A DNA stretch of 64,000 nucleotides from Geosiphon pyriformis uo1 (lineage: Eukaryota > Fungi > Glomeromycota): positions 443,094 through 507,093 of the forward strand of contig JAAOMT010000672.1 in the NCBI GenBank assembly GCA_016748015.1, given 5' to 3'. This document shows positions 37,701 through 52,064 of the stretch, piece after piece; positions within the stretch are counted from its first letter, which is position 1, and the number at the start of each line of letters is the position of its first letter. The notes below the pieces were generated by a model. The model did not search any database. It was not told where the DNA came from and saw only the letters and a list, made by a program, of their open reading frames with translations. Both the position numbers and the translations under genes were made by a program.

Positions 37701-40387
37701 TTATCATTTAATATTCTTAATTTTATCAAATTAATTATTTCTACATTAACTAAAAAAATTTTAATGAAAAATTAATAACAATAAGAAACATTTCATACAT
37801 TTTAAAGCAGTTTTAAGAGAGAAATCTTTATAATAGGAAAATTTTACTTTTACGTTCGTTTTCCATAATAAATATTTAAATATAATTAGACTTTTATGTT
37901 ATTCTATTTTGTATTTTAAAGAACCAAGTAAAATTATTTAATGTAAAAAATTAAAAACTAAAAAAATATTTATTTATTTATTCAAGTATAGCTATATGTT
38001 TAAATTAGAATACTTTAATTATTTTTATTAATTATTATAAATTATGTTTTTGGTATTTTTTCAAAAAGATTTCAACTTATAAAAAAATTAATTAATTTGA
38101 GAAACAATAAAAAAAATATTATTAATAAATTCTATATTGTTGTATAATAGCTATACAGTTTAAATTTGTCTTAAATTCAACATTTTGTTTTAAAATTAAA
38201 ATTTAAAGGTAAATATTGTTTTATATCTATATACCACACACCACATATTTCTGAATTGAATCGTCAAAAATAATTGATTGTCAATGAAGCACTTTTTATG
38301 AGCTCATTAGATCGAAGTCTGCAACTATTCTAAATAAATTTTGGGATCAATTAAGTGAGGTATTATTCATATAATGAATAATTAAAAATTCTCTTTTTAT
38401 TCAATTATTGTAAAGATTTATATTTGAACTTTTGCTTAAAATATACAATTCATGCATAATTTTTTATGCGTTATGTAAAGAGTCGAATTTTTCTGAGTAT
38501 TAAAACTGATCGCATTTATTTAAAAAAAATGTGAACACACATATCCATTATTATTATTATTACAATGACCACAAATTAAAGAATATTACAAAAAACTTGA
38601 TTTATTATGTGTTGTTATAATACTTATAATCTTGATTAATAAAACACCAAAATAAGTTGAATAAAATTATTTAAAGTTTTAGAAAAACATATTTTTTACA
38701 CCTTTCACAAAAAACTATTCAAGAATTTTGCTTACTATTAGAAAACAAATAACATTAAAAAATAAAATTATAGTATATTCTATTATTAATTCACAAAAAC
38801 TGTTATAAAAAGACAATAAATTAGAAAAATACATGATTAAATATATGACTGCTAAAATACTTTTTTCTCATAATGTAATTAAAAAATTTTGTTTATTAAT
38901 ACAATTTTATTATATGAAAAACAACTTCAAATATATAGATAATAATAGAAATTTTAAGTGAAATTTTAAAAGTTTTGATTATTGCAAAACACTTATATAA
39001 AAAATTTGGTCTTGTGAATTCAAAACTTACATTATTAGAGCTATTATACACTTTGCAAATTATTTCATTTTGTCAAAACTTAATCTTTTAAAAAGAATAA
39101 TATTATGATTAAATCTTTTGGTTTTTAGTTTTATTAATTGTTTAATCACATATATTAATTATTAACCTAATTATTAAATGAACTATAATTGTAATTACTA
39201 ATTTGATTATTGATTTTTTTTTTAATAAATTTTCATAAAACTTTTCAATGTCATAAAAAAATATTTTACACAAATTAAGTTTTAAAAACAATTTAATAAT
39301 AATATCAATTTTTTTTAGATTTTTTCAACTTACAAATTATAATATTGAATAAATATTTAGTAAAAAGTACAAATAATATCTGTTATTAAATTCTAAAAAA
39401 GTTAATTTAAGATATAAAATTATAGTAGCTATATTATTCTTTGCTAATAATAAAAAGTATTTTTTTATTTTCAATTTTTTTTTTGGAAAAAATAATGTCT
39501 GAAATATTTATAAAACTGATTCTTTACATTAAATATTTCTACTTTTTTAGCTAAATTTTTTCTTTATTTGTTTTTTATTATATAATAACTATTTTCTTTG
39601 TTATATGTTAAAAATTTATTTCAACCTGTAACAATATTAATAGATATTTTAATTTATAGATTTTTTTATTAATTAAAGCTAAAAAATTTTAAAGTGGTTT
39701 AAAAATTCAAAAATTCAAGAAAATATTAATGTATATATAATAATAAATGCTTTTATTACAAACTATTTTCTAAGTAATAAGCTCTACAACTGTGTATTAA
39801 ATTTATTCGAAAAAATTTCTTGTTAACTTAATTTATTTTGTAAATTTTTTTGAAACATAGAACTAATTTAATTTTATTGTAATTAAAAAACAAAACTTAG
39901 TAACAATAATATTCTTAAAGCTTTTGTTTTTTTTAAAAAAATTATTTATTATTTGTTTAATACAATCTATAAAATTCTGTTAAACTTTATTCTAAAAGTT
40001 AGATAACTTATAAATTGTTTACATAAAAAAATATTATTATTTATATCTGCATTTTTTGTAAGTAAATTTTTAATAATATATTTTTGAATACTGAATTAAT
40101 TTTGTTTACTTGAAAAAAAGAGATAAAATAAATTTTTTTTCAATAGAATAAAAAAAAGTAATATTATTAATACACATATTTTTTCCAAACTTTTTAATAA
40201 AGTCTATTTTATTTTGTTCAATTATTAAAGTTTAGAATTAAATAAATTAGACTCTAATAACTTAAATAATATTAATTAAAATTATTTTTTATTTTTTTAT
40301 AATAATTTTTATATTTAGACTTTGTATTTTTACAAATACCAGCTTTTTAATTTAAGATTTAAAAAGTTTTATATTAGTATAATAATA

Positions 40388-43300
40388 AGCAATTAAACTT
40401 TAATAAAAAACTTTTTTCTTTCATCAATCCCCTAATCACAATAAAAACTAAGAAGTTGTTAAAAGAAATACAATTTTTTTTTTCCTTTTTTTCCTAGTTT
40501 TTTATAGTTATTTCCTTTAACATGACCCCTTTTGTTACTATGGATCCAGTGGGCTTTTTTGCTAGTGGTTCTGGTTCTGCTTTGGCTGGGTTGAGAATCT
40601 AATTCAGCACTAAAAAAAAGCATGCATAGAGAGTGTCTACTCTTGCAGTCCCTTGTACAAAAAATCTAAAAAATCTGATGTTATTAGTAGTGTGGTGAAC
40701 TTGTCAGCTGGACCTATACCTATCAGCATATTATAAACTATCTGTAGTAAATGCAAAGTGTTTTAAAATAGTGAAGTGGAAAGTAAAAAAGCTAGTGTTA
40801 GTGAAATATCCAATGTTGAAAATATAAACAACATGATAGCCAAGAAAACAAGTTACATAGATTCAAATGCTTCTGAAACTGATGATATAGTGGATGACAC
40901 AACTCCGAAAAAAACATGTACAAGAATATTTGTTTTAGATAAGCTGCAAAAATGCTCTCTTTCAAGAATTTGAATGACAATAATGCTGAATTGGTGCTGC
41001 TTGTGCCTAAGTTTTTTGAGTCTCAATTTTTTCTATTGGCTAAATCATAGAATAAGAAAGTTAAGAATTTTAATTCTGCTAAATTATTCACTTTGAATAT
41101 AGAGCTGTTGACAATATTTGAAAAAACTAATAGTAATAAATTAATTGCAATAAAAAAAATTTTCTATCAAATTAATGGTTTTGAAGGAGCTTCCACTCCC
41201 TCAAAATTTTCAAAAATTATTAAATTATTATTTACATCTGAAATAAATTTGAAAAAAACTAGAGAAATGGCAATTAGTGAAAAGATTTTGGTCAATAATA
41301 ATCTTAGGAAAGTAAATAGCTAATCAGATTAGAAAGTGATCATTAAAGAGATCCCAGTTGATCTTCTCAAATCTACTGTGGAATTTGTTTTTTTCTAAGT
41401 TTAGCAAGATTGTATCAATCAAGTTGTAATTAATTGGTTTATGACAAAAGGCTTTGATGAAATATGAATCATCTAAGATAGCTGATTTAGTCACAGCTAA
41501 ATAGTCTGTTTTTATGGGAAAAGATTCTGTTTATATGGCAAAGGTTATTGGTAATAAATAAACATAGGCATCCAGGAATCAGCATCAGGTTTTGTTGTAT
41601 ATGTTTTCAATTAGTACTACTGTTTATGACTTATCTGAATTATTAGTTTTTTATAATAAAAAAACTTGTATTATTGGCCATAATCCGAATTTATATGTGC
41701 ATAATAGGTGTATTGTGATGTGTTTTAAAGATAAAACATCCAAATTGGCTGCTATTGGCTCTATTCCTGTGTTTAAAAATATGAATTTACACTGAACTGG
41801 TCTTTCATTGGCTTGTTGTGCTTGTTATAAATAATTTGGTTATATATCTGTTAATTGTGCAATAGGTGAGAATTCTGGTGGTTATGGTAAGTGAGTGGTA
41901 ACTTTTTAGGATCATGTCTGCTTGGCCAATATTTATAAAAAGAAGCAGACACTTATTGATTGTTCAGTTTTTTTTGGTGGCAAGACTTGAGTCCAGATTG
42001 CTAGTGGTTTTTCCTTTTGTATAATCTTTTCAAATTTTTTTAGTACTGGTTTGTTTTTGGGAAACCCATTTCAATGGTTTTCAATTCTCTTAGTAATTCC
42101 TATCTGGTTGATTGTTTGGCTTCTTTAGAGCACTCTTTGGAGCTTTTGGTGGATCAAGTTTCTGTTATTATAAAAAAACTGAGCTTTGTGGAATTGGTGC
42201 CTTTGGCATCCAAGTCCCATGTATCTTTTTTGGTTATTTCAGCATCTTTAGCTTCTAATTTAAATTCGGATATGATTTTGGATGACATATTAGTGTCTCC
42301 TGCCTTTTTTTTCAATTGTTGTGAATACAGTTGCTGATTTTAGCTCAAATAGCTCTAAGGTTTTGACTACCAAAATAGGTAAGTTAGAATCTAAAATGGT
42401 GGCTTTGGAGGTGTCAGTTGAATCAGTTTTGGAAAGATTGGATTGTTTGTGCTCTGGTTTGAGTTTGTTAGCTCTTTTTATTCCTCAATAAGTAATATTA
42501 TATGAAAAATTGCTACATGTAATGTTTGTGGTATTAATGTTTCTGCCAAGCAGAAGAACACTATCCATTGACATAAAGATTCTGGAAATTTGGTTTCAAT
42601 AATTATGGAGACAAAGTTGAGATTTGACAGTAGACTATAGGATAAAAATAAATTTAATAATGTTAGAGTTTTTTTATCTGGATTAGACAAAAGATTTCTT
42701 GGTGCTGGGGTGGCAATCATTATAGATGTTTCTCTAACTTATTATATATGTAAGATTTCTAAAGTGTCTGAATGGCTTCTCTCTGTCAGGTTGCTTTTCA
42801 AGAATAAATTTTCTGTTTTGATTCTGGGGCTTTATGCTAGTGCCTTCTTGGCTGCTCATTTTTTTCAGACTAGTAATATTAATTTTTTAATAGCTAAGAC
42901 TGTAAATGAGTCTTTTTTTGTTGTATTAGGTGGGAGTTTTAATGAAAATGGTTTCTACAGATATGTAAGTTTCAAAAAATACTTCAATTTAGAACTGGTC
43001 AATTCTTTGTAAAGAAGTCCAATTGCAAAGAATTCTATGTGAAAAAATTCAAGAGATGTAGAAAAGACAATTGATTACATATTTATTTCTTTAAATTTGG
43101 TTAATGCAGTAGTGAATCATAATGTTGTGGATGTCAGTAAACATTTTGACACCAATTACCAAACAGTTTCTATGTCTGTGAATTTGGATGGGCTTTTGGA
43201 TGCGCAATTAAACTCTATTCACAGACAGACTAATAGGAACTGGTGGAAATTTGATTTTAAGGATGCTGATAATACAAAGTGAAACAATTTTAAAAATGCC

Positions 43301-46300
43301 ACAGCAGTTAATACAACAATGTTCTTTAATGAATTTACAGTCTTTATAAAGTTTTCAGATTTGAGTGCAATGTGAGATGTTGTTTACAAGATTATAACTT
43401 TTTTGGCTAATGAAATATTTAAAAAGAAATAGTTTAAGGGCTATGATGATGTTTTCACTAAGGATTCTTCTAAGTTTCATAAACTGGAGCTTTTGGTTTC
43501 AAAGATTGTCAAGGCTTCTCGTGAAGAGAGTCCTGACAGATTTATATTCTTTATGAAATACTAGAATTTTTTGAACAGCAGCAGAGCTTTGGTTATTTAG
43601 GATCTTATGGACTCTGATGTAAATTTTGATCATGTACATTCAGTTCTTTTTAGTGTGAGGAAATTTTATTGTGTATCTAAGCTTGCTGAATTTTTGAGAG
43701 CTAAAAAATTAAGAATTAGGTCAGTTATTAATAAAAAAATAGAAAATTTTGTGATTGATAAGAATTATATAATCAAGAGTGTGTTGAAACGTTCTTTTTG
43801 AAAAATAGTTTTGGACTATTTAGTCATTGAGAATGAACTAATTTTGGAACCCAAACTGGTTAAAGTTAAGGTGAATTTGATCATGGAAGGCTGAACTAAA
43901 AAGCACAAAATGGAGGCTAATTTTTTTGATAAGTGGTTTTATTAATATCAGTCTTTGGAGTACATTTTTAATGATGCTTTCTAGAATGTAATAGGTCTGG
44001 TTGGCTTTGATGAGTTATTTAGTGTGGTTTCTAATTTGTCTGATGATAAGACTGCTGGTTTTTCTGGAATTTCAAATGAGCTTTAGAAACATTGTGACAG
44101 GACAATTTTGGATATGCTTTTGGTGCTTTTGAATTCTTGTTTGTCTTGTGAATTGGTGTTTTATACTTAAAAGAAAACTTGGGTCTTAATAATCTCTAAG
44201 TTGTATGAGTGAAAAAACATTCTCACTAATATTTAGCCAATTGTTTTAATTGAGACATTCCATAAAATTCTTTCCAAAATTTTCTCAGACAGAATTTTAT
44301 TGGCATGTAACACTTTTAATATTTTGTGTGAGGACAATTTTTCAGTTTTAAAGAGTACAATAATGCAGCCTCCTATTTTTACTGTTGGTTTGGTCATTGA
44401 AGATGCTCTAAAAAAGAATTATGAACTCTGGTTGGTCTTACAAGACATGTGAAAAGCCTATGACTCTATTGGGTAGAAACATTTTAGAAAAAGCTTAGTT
44501 AGGATGAAAATATATGGCAAGTTTATTAGATTTTTTGGTGGCATTTACAATGATCATGTCAATAAGGTTATAACAGATTTTGGGCTAACAAATAGATATT
44601 GGATGCATGATGGTTTAAACCAGGAAGAAGTGTTCTCACTGTTTCTTTGGCACATATTTTATAATTTACTTCTGTGTGAGGTCAAGAGACAAAAAAGTAT
44701 ATGTGGATACAGGCTAAATTTTTATTATATTGCCAGAATAGATTGTCTAAAATCTCAAGCTAGATTAATGTTTTTTTTGCTGCTGGTGCTTTTGTCAATG
44801 ACACAATCTGAATTGATAGCAGCCAAACTGTGAGCTAATACATTCTCAATGTTACTAGTGAATTTTTTTGAATTAATGACATTTCTATCAATAATAACAA
44901 GACAATAGTCATTCTTATTAATTGCAGAGTTAATTGCCCCAATTTGTCTATCAGTGATTTACCTATTTTTATTGCTAAAAAGGGCAAATCCCATTGTTAC
45001 TTGAGTATTTTTTATTAACTGAGAGTTTGTCAAAGCCTAGTTTGGCTAAGATGTATTCTAATGTCTGTTTTTTTTGCCAATCTTGTTCTGAAAAAGACTG
45101 TTTCTGATAAGCAATTTTTGTATTTGGTGTTAGCAGTTTTTTATCTCATTGTTAACTACAGAATGCAATTCAGCTTTGTTTCCATTAGTGTATACAATAA
45201 ATGGGATGCTTTAATCTATAAAAGATTAAAGTTAAAATCTGGTCTGCCTTTCAATTTTCCCAATGCTGCACTCTGTTATCCTTTGTTGTATGGTTTGAAA
45301 ACTTTTAAGCAAATTCAGGCTGAAAACAAAGTAGCTTCTGTAGTGTGTTTTACAAACTCTGTTGGAATTTTAAGTCATTTGTTTTTATACTGGTCTTATA
45401 ACTTGCAAGTTCTGTTTTGGAGCCCACTATACTCTTTGGTCTCTTCTGCTTATATCAAGATTAGTGCTTCTAATAATTTTTTGACAAGTGTGGTTCATAT
45501 TTTTCTTAGGTGTAGGTTGTCTTTGAATGGTCATATGAACAGTTTTTTCTATCTTTGTGATAGAACTTCTATATTATTAGTTCTTGACAGATCTGAATTT
45601 TTTAAGTTTTTTCCATCCTTTCAGTGCTATGATATTGCTTTCATAAAGCAGCTTTATTATAAGAATAGTTCTGTTTTCGACTAGAAAACATTTAAGCATT
45701 AAAAAAAAATAGATTTACATGGCTCTGTTCCTGACTGGTTTGGGTATTTTATTAACTTCTTTAATGATGTAGTTTCTTCTTTTACTCATTTAGCTTCTTT
45801 GGGTGTTTCTGATTCTTCAAATGTTTTAGAGACTGGTAAATTTAAGCTTGTATGGGATCATTTGCTGAATATTATGACTGATAGTCTTTCTGTCTATACT
45901 AATAGATCTCTGAAAAACTTGGGAAGTGTAGATGTTAGGGCTGGTGCAGCAATCTATTTTAAGAATATTAATCTGGGTTTAGAGGTCAGGGTTTTAAGTC
46001 TTATGTCTTTTATATTAGCAGAACTGCAAGCTGTTGCATTGGCTCTCAAGTGTGTTTCTTTTTTTTAGCTTAGTTTGCCTTTTTACTAACAGTTAGATTG
46101 CTTTGGATGTGTGTAAATTGGATTTAAGTTTAATGCATCTGAATTTTTGGAATTAATTTTGAGTTAAGCATTAGCACATAGTAAACATTGTTCAAAAAAA
46201 GAATTTAAACAATAATTGGCACAAAGTAAATAAGCATTTGGGTGTCTTAGGTAATGTGCATACTGATATGCTTACTAATACAGCTTTTCTTTCTTCTTAG

Positions 46301-47308
46301 TGTTTTCCTCTCCAATTGAATAAACATTACATTATGGTTGAAAGTAGTATTATCTTTGGCAATTTTAGGCATTTTGTTTGTGGAATCTTTCAGTCCATTC
46401 ATTGTATACATTGAGAAGTCAGTTCTGATTCTAAAGTTCTGAATTGTAATTTGCTGTCAGATATTAATTGGTCTAACTAATCTTTGGTATGACATCCTGA
46501 TTTGCACATGGCTGCTGGTTTTATTAGTAGGTTGACAGTTAGTGCCTATACATATTTTATAAAGGCTTTATACTATTGGCTGCCAGTTGCTGTTCAGAAA
46601 TGCTTGTATAACAGGTATTACTTCAGTGTATTATGTTTGTATTGTGGTAATATTGAGATCTCAGATCATGCTTTTTCTTGTATAATTAATAATTCTGTTT
46701 ACTGTCAATTGTTGGATACCTATGTGGTTGTTTGGAGTGTGTTTTTAGGTCTTTCTTGCTTCTTTTTTTGTGTGTCTTAATTGTTATTCTTCTGTATTTC
46801 AAATATAGCAGTATATATGGCTTTTTGCAAAGGTTTTGTTTTTAATGATTGGCTACAAAAGGCTATGTGTGTCTTTGGAGATTCTAAAATTGCTGGTCAG
46901 AAGATTGTGGACTTTGTACATGATTTCTGCTTTGCTTTTAGAGATAAGATTTAAGTTGTTTATTCTAAGCATTATGCATTCATAAAAAGAAATAGACTGA
47001 TACCATGTGATGATTTAGTTCCAGTCTCAGTTTCTGGACTGCTTTCGGTGTTTTCTGTTGGTGTGGTTAGATTGCTTGGTATTGCCAAGGCTTTTGGTAC
47101 TAGTTTTGGGTTTTGTAAATTCTGCTTGTTTTTTTTAAATATTAGAGATTCTATTTCTGTTTATATAGGTGCTTAGCATTGTTTTAATCAGCTTAAGTGG
47201 CTGATTATGTGTAGAAAATACATTATTCATGCCTAGTTTAGATTAATTATTTGATATATTGTACTAGATAATATTTGAATCTCACTTGTTAAATGTTAAT
47301 AAAAAAAA
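40388..47308 (+). mobile_element. Full-length degenerate non-LTR retrotransposon (LINE): ORF1 (RRM-like, Zn knuckle) and ORF2 (APE endonuclease, RT, RNase H, CCHC)
   Basis: ORF1 from ~40522 (VIIKEIPVDL; CxxYxxxGYxxxxC knuckle relic ~41815-41860). ORF2 from ~42490: KIATCNVCGIN, IMETKL, KTIDYIF (APE); LQDM*KAYDS, GLNQEEVFS, AFVNDT (RT); VYTNRSL, AELQAVALAL, HKVNKHLGVLGN (RNase H); CLYCGNIEISDHAFSC. A-tail at 47301-47308; candidate 12-bp TSD AGTATAATAATA at 40376-40387 and 47308-47319. Confidence 0.93.
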
Positions 47309-47649
47309 GTATAATAATATTTATATTAATATATATATTATTTAACAAAATAAAAATATATTTAAAATATTAAATTATAAAACTTAATTTTAAAGCATAC
47401 TGTTATTTTGTAATTAACATCCAAGTATTTTTTTTATTAATAAAAAAAATAAAGTAATTAATACATTAGAAAATTATATATAATAGGCAAAAATAATAAA
47501 ACATAGATTAATGTTTTTATTATATAAAAATTATATATAATGTTTTTATATATAAATTAAAAAAAAACATATTAAAAATTTATTTAAATTAATATTAATA
47601 TTAAAAAAATTAATTTACAAATTTTTATTCACAATTTTATATATAAAAT

Positions 47650-49381
47650 TTATTATTTAATATAAAAAACCAAAACTTTTTCTATTTCCTATTTTTAAAA
47701 CTATAATCAGAGCAAAAAGTAAAAAAGTTTCAACAAAAAAGAGTTTTTTTATTATTAAAATAACTAAACAAAATATTTTGACAATGTTTTTTTTTAAATA
47801 TTAATAATAAAAAGCTGTTTTTGGTAGCTTCAAAAGCATTTTTTTTACCTTTGGCTGATGGTTTTTTTTCAATCAAAGTTTTTTTTTAAAAGACATATTC
47901 AAATTAATTCTAGTACTGTTTTTACTCTTTTCAAAAGCTTTAAAGTTTTTAACAACAGTCCAGTTAACAAGTTGGTTTTTTTTGTTTTCTAATGTTGTCT
48001 TTAATAGTGTTTGAGAAATAATTTCTAGTCATTAAAAATTCTTTAAATAGATAATATTTATTTTAATATTTGATATAACTTTTAATATTAAATTAAACTT
48101 AGTTAATTCTTTGTTTTATTTGTTGTCTAGTTTTGTTGGATTTAAGTTGGTTTTCAAAAACAATATTGAGTTATTTTGTATAAATTTTGTTTTTAAAGAT
48201 TTTTATTAATGGTTTTTTTAACCAAATTTAAGATTACAAAATTTTTTTATGATGGCTTTTAGTTTTTTTTTTTACTTTTGTAAAATTGAAATCTGCTAAC
48301 TTGTGAGAATATGCTATTATAAATTTTAAAATTTTTTTTTTGCTGTTGTTGTTCTTGTTAACTAGTTTGTACTAATTAAAAAAGACAATATTTGGATTTT
48401 TTTCTTAATTAAAAAGAAATCATTATTTTAAAAATTTTTTTAAGATCAAATTAATTAATTTTTGTCTTTAAAATTAGTGATATAATTTTTTAAGTTGGTA
48501 ACTATACTTATTATAATTCTTATTCTCTTAATTCTTATTATTGTTAATATTTTACTATTGTTATTTTTGAGTCTTGTAAAATATCAAAACTTGCTGTAAT
48601 TAAAACTAGTATTCTATACAAATGTTGTATTTGGTAGAAAATTTTTAGATTATTGCTATTACAAATATTAAAAGTTGAATTATTTATTTGTTAAATACAA
48701 AATGTTTTTATGTTTTTTTCTGTTAATAAAAAGTTTTATGTTAAGGTTTTTGCTTTTTTGGCTTCTTTTTTTGCTGTCTTTTTAGTTATTTTTGCTTTTA
48801 GTTTTGTTGTTAAGTTTATATTAAATTCCTTAAAAATTCAAGTCTCAAGCTTGATTGCTGTAATAAAATTTGTTATTAAGCCTATTATTTTTTTGGTTAT
48901 TTTAATTACTAATCTTCTAATAATAATACTGCCAAGATTTTTTAGATAAAAAAAATCTGCTCTCTATAAAATATGTTGCTAAAAATATTGTTTGTTTTAA
49001 ATTTAAAATTAATTTTGGTGAAATAAATTATAATAGAATATTAGTTGTTAAAAATTTTTTTTTAATTAAAAATACTATTAAATATTTTATAACTTTGTAA
49101 TATATGTTAAGTTCTAATGTTAAAAGTAGTATTGAGTCAATTAAATTGTTTTTTAGTAAGTTTGTTTTTAATTTTAAAAACTTGAATAGTATTATTAAAA
49201 GAATTAGTGGACTGAGTTTACTTTTAGCTTTTTTTGTTTTAATATAATATAACTTTAACTGATTCAAATAGTTGATTATATATAAAGAGTACATAATTTA
49301 TATATTTAGTTTAGACTACTTAATTTGGTATATTAAATTAAGTTGTATTTGGGCTTTATTTATTAAATATAATAAAAAAAA
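47650..49381 (+). mobile_element. Second, internally deleted and more decayed LINE-derived element
   Basis: Same T/G-rich sense strand; ORF1-like relic (KSLKVFNNSPVNKLVF); last ~150 bp aligns by eye with the 3' UTR of the upstream LINE and ends in AATAAAAAAA. Confidence 0.65.
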
Positions 49382-49407
49382 TTCACATAAACAAAAGAAT
49401 TAATATA

Positions 49408-50738
49408 CAGAGAAGCATAAAAAATATTGGACACTTCTATAATATATTATATAAAAAAACTAATTTATGAATTATTAATTTTTTATTATTATATTAAAAT
49501 TCATGTTAGTAGTTTATTTGCTTAAACTTGATGTGATATAAACTTGATCAAATTATAATAGTAATTTACAGATATTGTATCCTATTTTTCTTTAATCTAC
49601 TGTTCTAATTATACAATATTTTGAGAGTTGTAAATTACTTTGACAAATTTTAACTTCAATATATGACCAAAGATTTTCTATTGGAGTAATATTAGAACTT
49701 TGTGATGGTCAAAGAAATAATTCAATATTTGAAGAAGTAAAAAAAACACGTGACTTTTAATGTATAGATTAATATATTGTCTTCCTGAAAAAAAAAACTA
49801 AAAAAAGTTTTTTTTGCATGAAGTTTTACTGTAGAAATTGCATAATTAGCCAAGATTTCATAATGTATAACTCAAGTAATATGACCAACCAAAGGAAGTA
49901 AAAGACCCAAACCAATTCATGAAAAACATTTCCAAAACATGTAACCAAAGTTTTTTTTAACTGTGGCTGCAATAAAATTCTTATAAAACTTTTGAGAAGG
50001 TTTACACCATACACATCCAAATTTTGTACTTCTAAATTATGTATATATAGATTCATCTAACCAAACAACTCATTTAAAATCTTTTACTGTTCAATTTTTA
50101 TAAGTATGAATCTATTGTAAACATTTTTTTTTATTTAATTTGGAAATTAATGGCTTAAAACAAAAAATGCATAAGCAAAATTTTTTTTGAGCTAATTTAT
50201 TTTGAATAGTTTGTATAAAAATAGATTTGTTGGTATCTTTAATAAAATTCAATTGTATTTGAGAAAGAGTTTAACAGCAGATTTTTTTATTTTCTATTAT
50301 TGAATATTTGAGTTGTTCATATGTGCATTTGTTAAGAATTTGTGGTCAGCCCATTTGTTTTTTAGAAAGTTGTTTTTAGCTCATATGACTTTTATATACA
50401 TATTATAAAAGAATATAAACATCTAATAATCATAGAAATCTCATTGTTTGTATGTCCTAACTTTTTTGCTAAAATAATTTCCTTTTTTGGTATTTAAAAA
50501 GTTCTTTTCCAAGACATATTTGATGTGGTAAATTTTTTCATGACAAGAATATTTGATATTTTATATATATACATATGATCTACTGTTGTGTTTTACAAAG
50601 ACATGATTTATGTTAATTTGTAGATTATAATTATAAGTAATTATAAAAAAAATTATGGCTTAAATTAGTAATAGTATTACAATATATAGCTTTTTTTATA
50701 TAATATATTAAGTGTCCAATACTTTTTATACCCCTCTT
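49408..50738 (-). mobile_element. Complete-length Tc1/mariner DNA transposon, degenerate
   Basis: TA-flanked TIRs CAGAGAAGCATAAAAAATATTGGACACTT (49408) and reverse-complement AAGAGGGGTATAAAAAGTATTGGACACTT (ending 50738). Minus-strand transposase: VVWLDES, ATVKK..YMFWKCFS, FQEDN, *PSQSSNITPIENLWSYIE. Confidence 0.9.
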
Positions 50739-52064
50739 TATGTATACATATATATATATATACATAAAAACTTACATGTTTTTTATATGCTTTTTAATAT
50801 ATATTGTTTAAATATTATTTATATTTATACATTTAAAATAATCTTGAATCTTTTTTTTTTAATGAAATTATTATTTTGCTATAAAATAATACAAAACTTT
50901 TTATAAAATTCATAGAATTATACAGTAACAAATCAGAAAATACAATTATTTCTTTATTTTTATTTGTGCTTTTTTAACTTTTTTTATACTAGCAAATATA
51001 TATAGTAATTTTATATGTTTTACTTTCTTTGTAAAAAGTCAAATGCTAACAATATTTGATAACAACAATACTTTTAAAACAATTTGACAAATATATTAAT
51101 TATTTTTTTTTTGTATACAACACATCTGATTATATCTATTAAATAATCAATTTTTTTTAGAAAAAAATTGCTTGACACAAAAAAACTAAAACCTAAAACA
51201 CATGTTTATTTATGAAAATTTAGAACTCTCTACCAAAGCAAATTACAACACAAACTTAAGTAATATTAACACAACAAACGAAAAACAGATATAACTTACT
51301 TTGTATAAAAAGTGCCACTATTTAATCTAACAGTTTTAATAACATTAACAGACTTGATATATTCATTAAATAATTAAAACTTCTGTAAAGATATAATAAA
51401 AATCAGTCAGCTAGTGTTTCTTTTTAACACTTATGCACCAAATTATTCTTAATTTAACCTGTATACTGGACTTTATAAATGAATTTTAATCAAAATCTAA
51501 ATCTAAGTTTTCAACTATAATTTTGTTATAAGTCATGAAAAAACATATTTCTTTAAACAATAATTAAAATAAATAAATATTCAATTAATTCGAATTAAAA
51601 AAAAGTCCATAGAGTTATTATGTGAAAAATACTAGACCTCAACTTTCATTTGGCTCAAATAATAATATAATAAAGATTATTACACAATCACAAAGTAATC
51701 CATTTTATGCTTGCCTATCTTTTGAACGTCTATGATATTAAGAATTCTCTTTTTGCCGTTTTAGAATTCTCCGTAAAAGATTCCTTTTCGGGAGAAAAAT
51801 TAAAAGGATACCAAGAAGCGAAAGAAGCCATTAAGGAAATCATGGTGAATAATTCGTGAAATTTTATTTAAATACGCTGGGTTTTGCGAAGGAATCAGAA
51901 TTTCTCACTACTCTGATAGTTGGTCTTGATAATTCCTAACGCAGAAAAAACAAGCCTTTAAATATTTATTTTAAGTTTTTTGCTACCTTTTCCACAGAAA
52001 AACTTTGAAATAAAACGCAATAGATCTAATTATAAACCTTGTTGAATAATAAATTTAGACAGCT

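Noticed and set aside
35500-40380. Extremely AT-rich block, possibly ancient TE relics
   Set aside because: No motif or terminus could be read with confidence.
40776-46780. Many short ORFs as separate genes
   Set aside because: Fragments of LINE ORF1 and ORF2.
40388-47308. Alternative genetic code explaining the LINE stops
   Set aside because: TAA, TAG and TGA all occur, along with missense transitions and frameshifts; this is mutational decay.
49826-50056. 76-aa hydrophobic ORF
   Set aside because: Out-of-frame reading within the Tc1 transposase.
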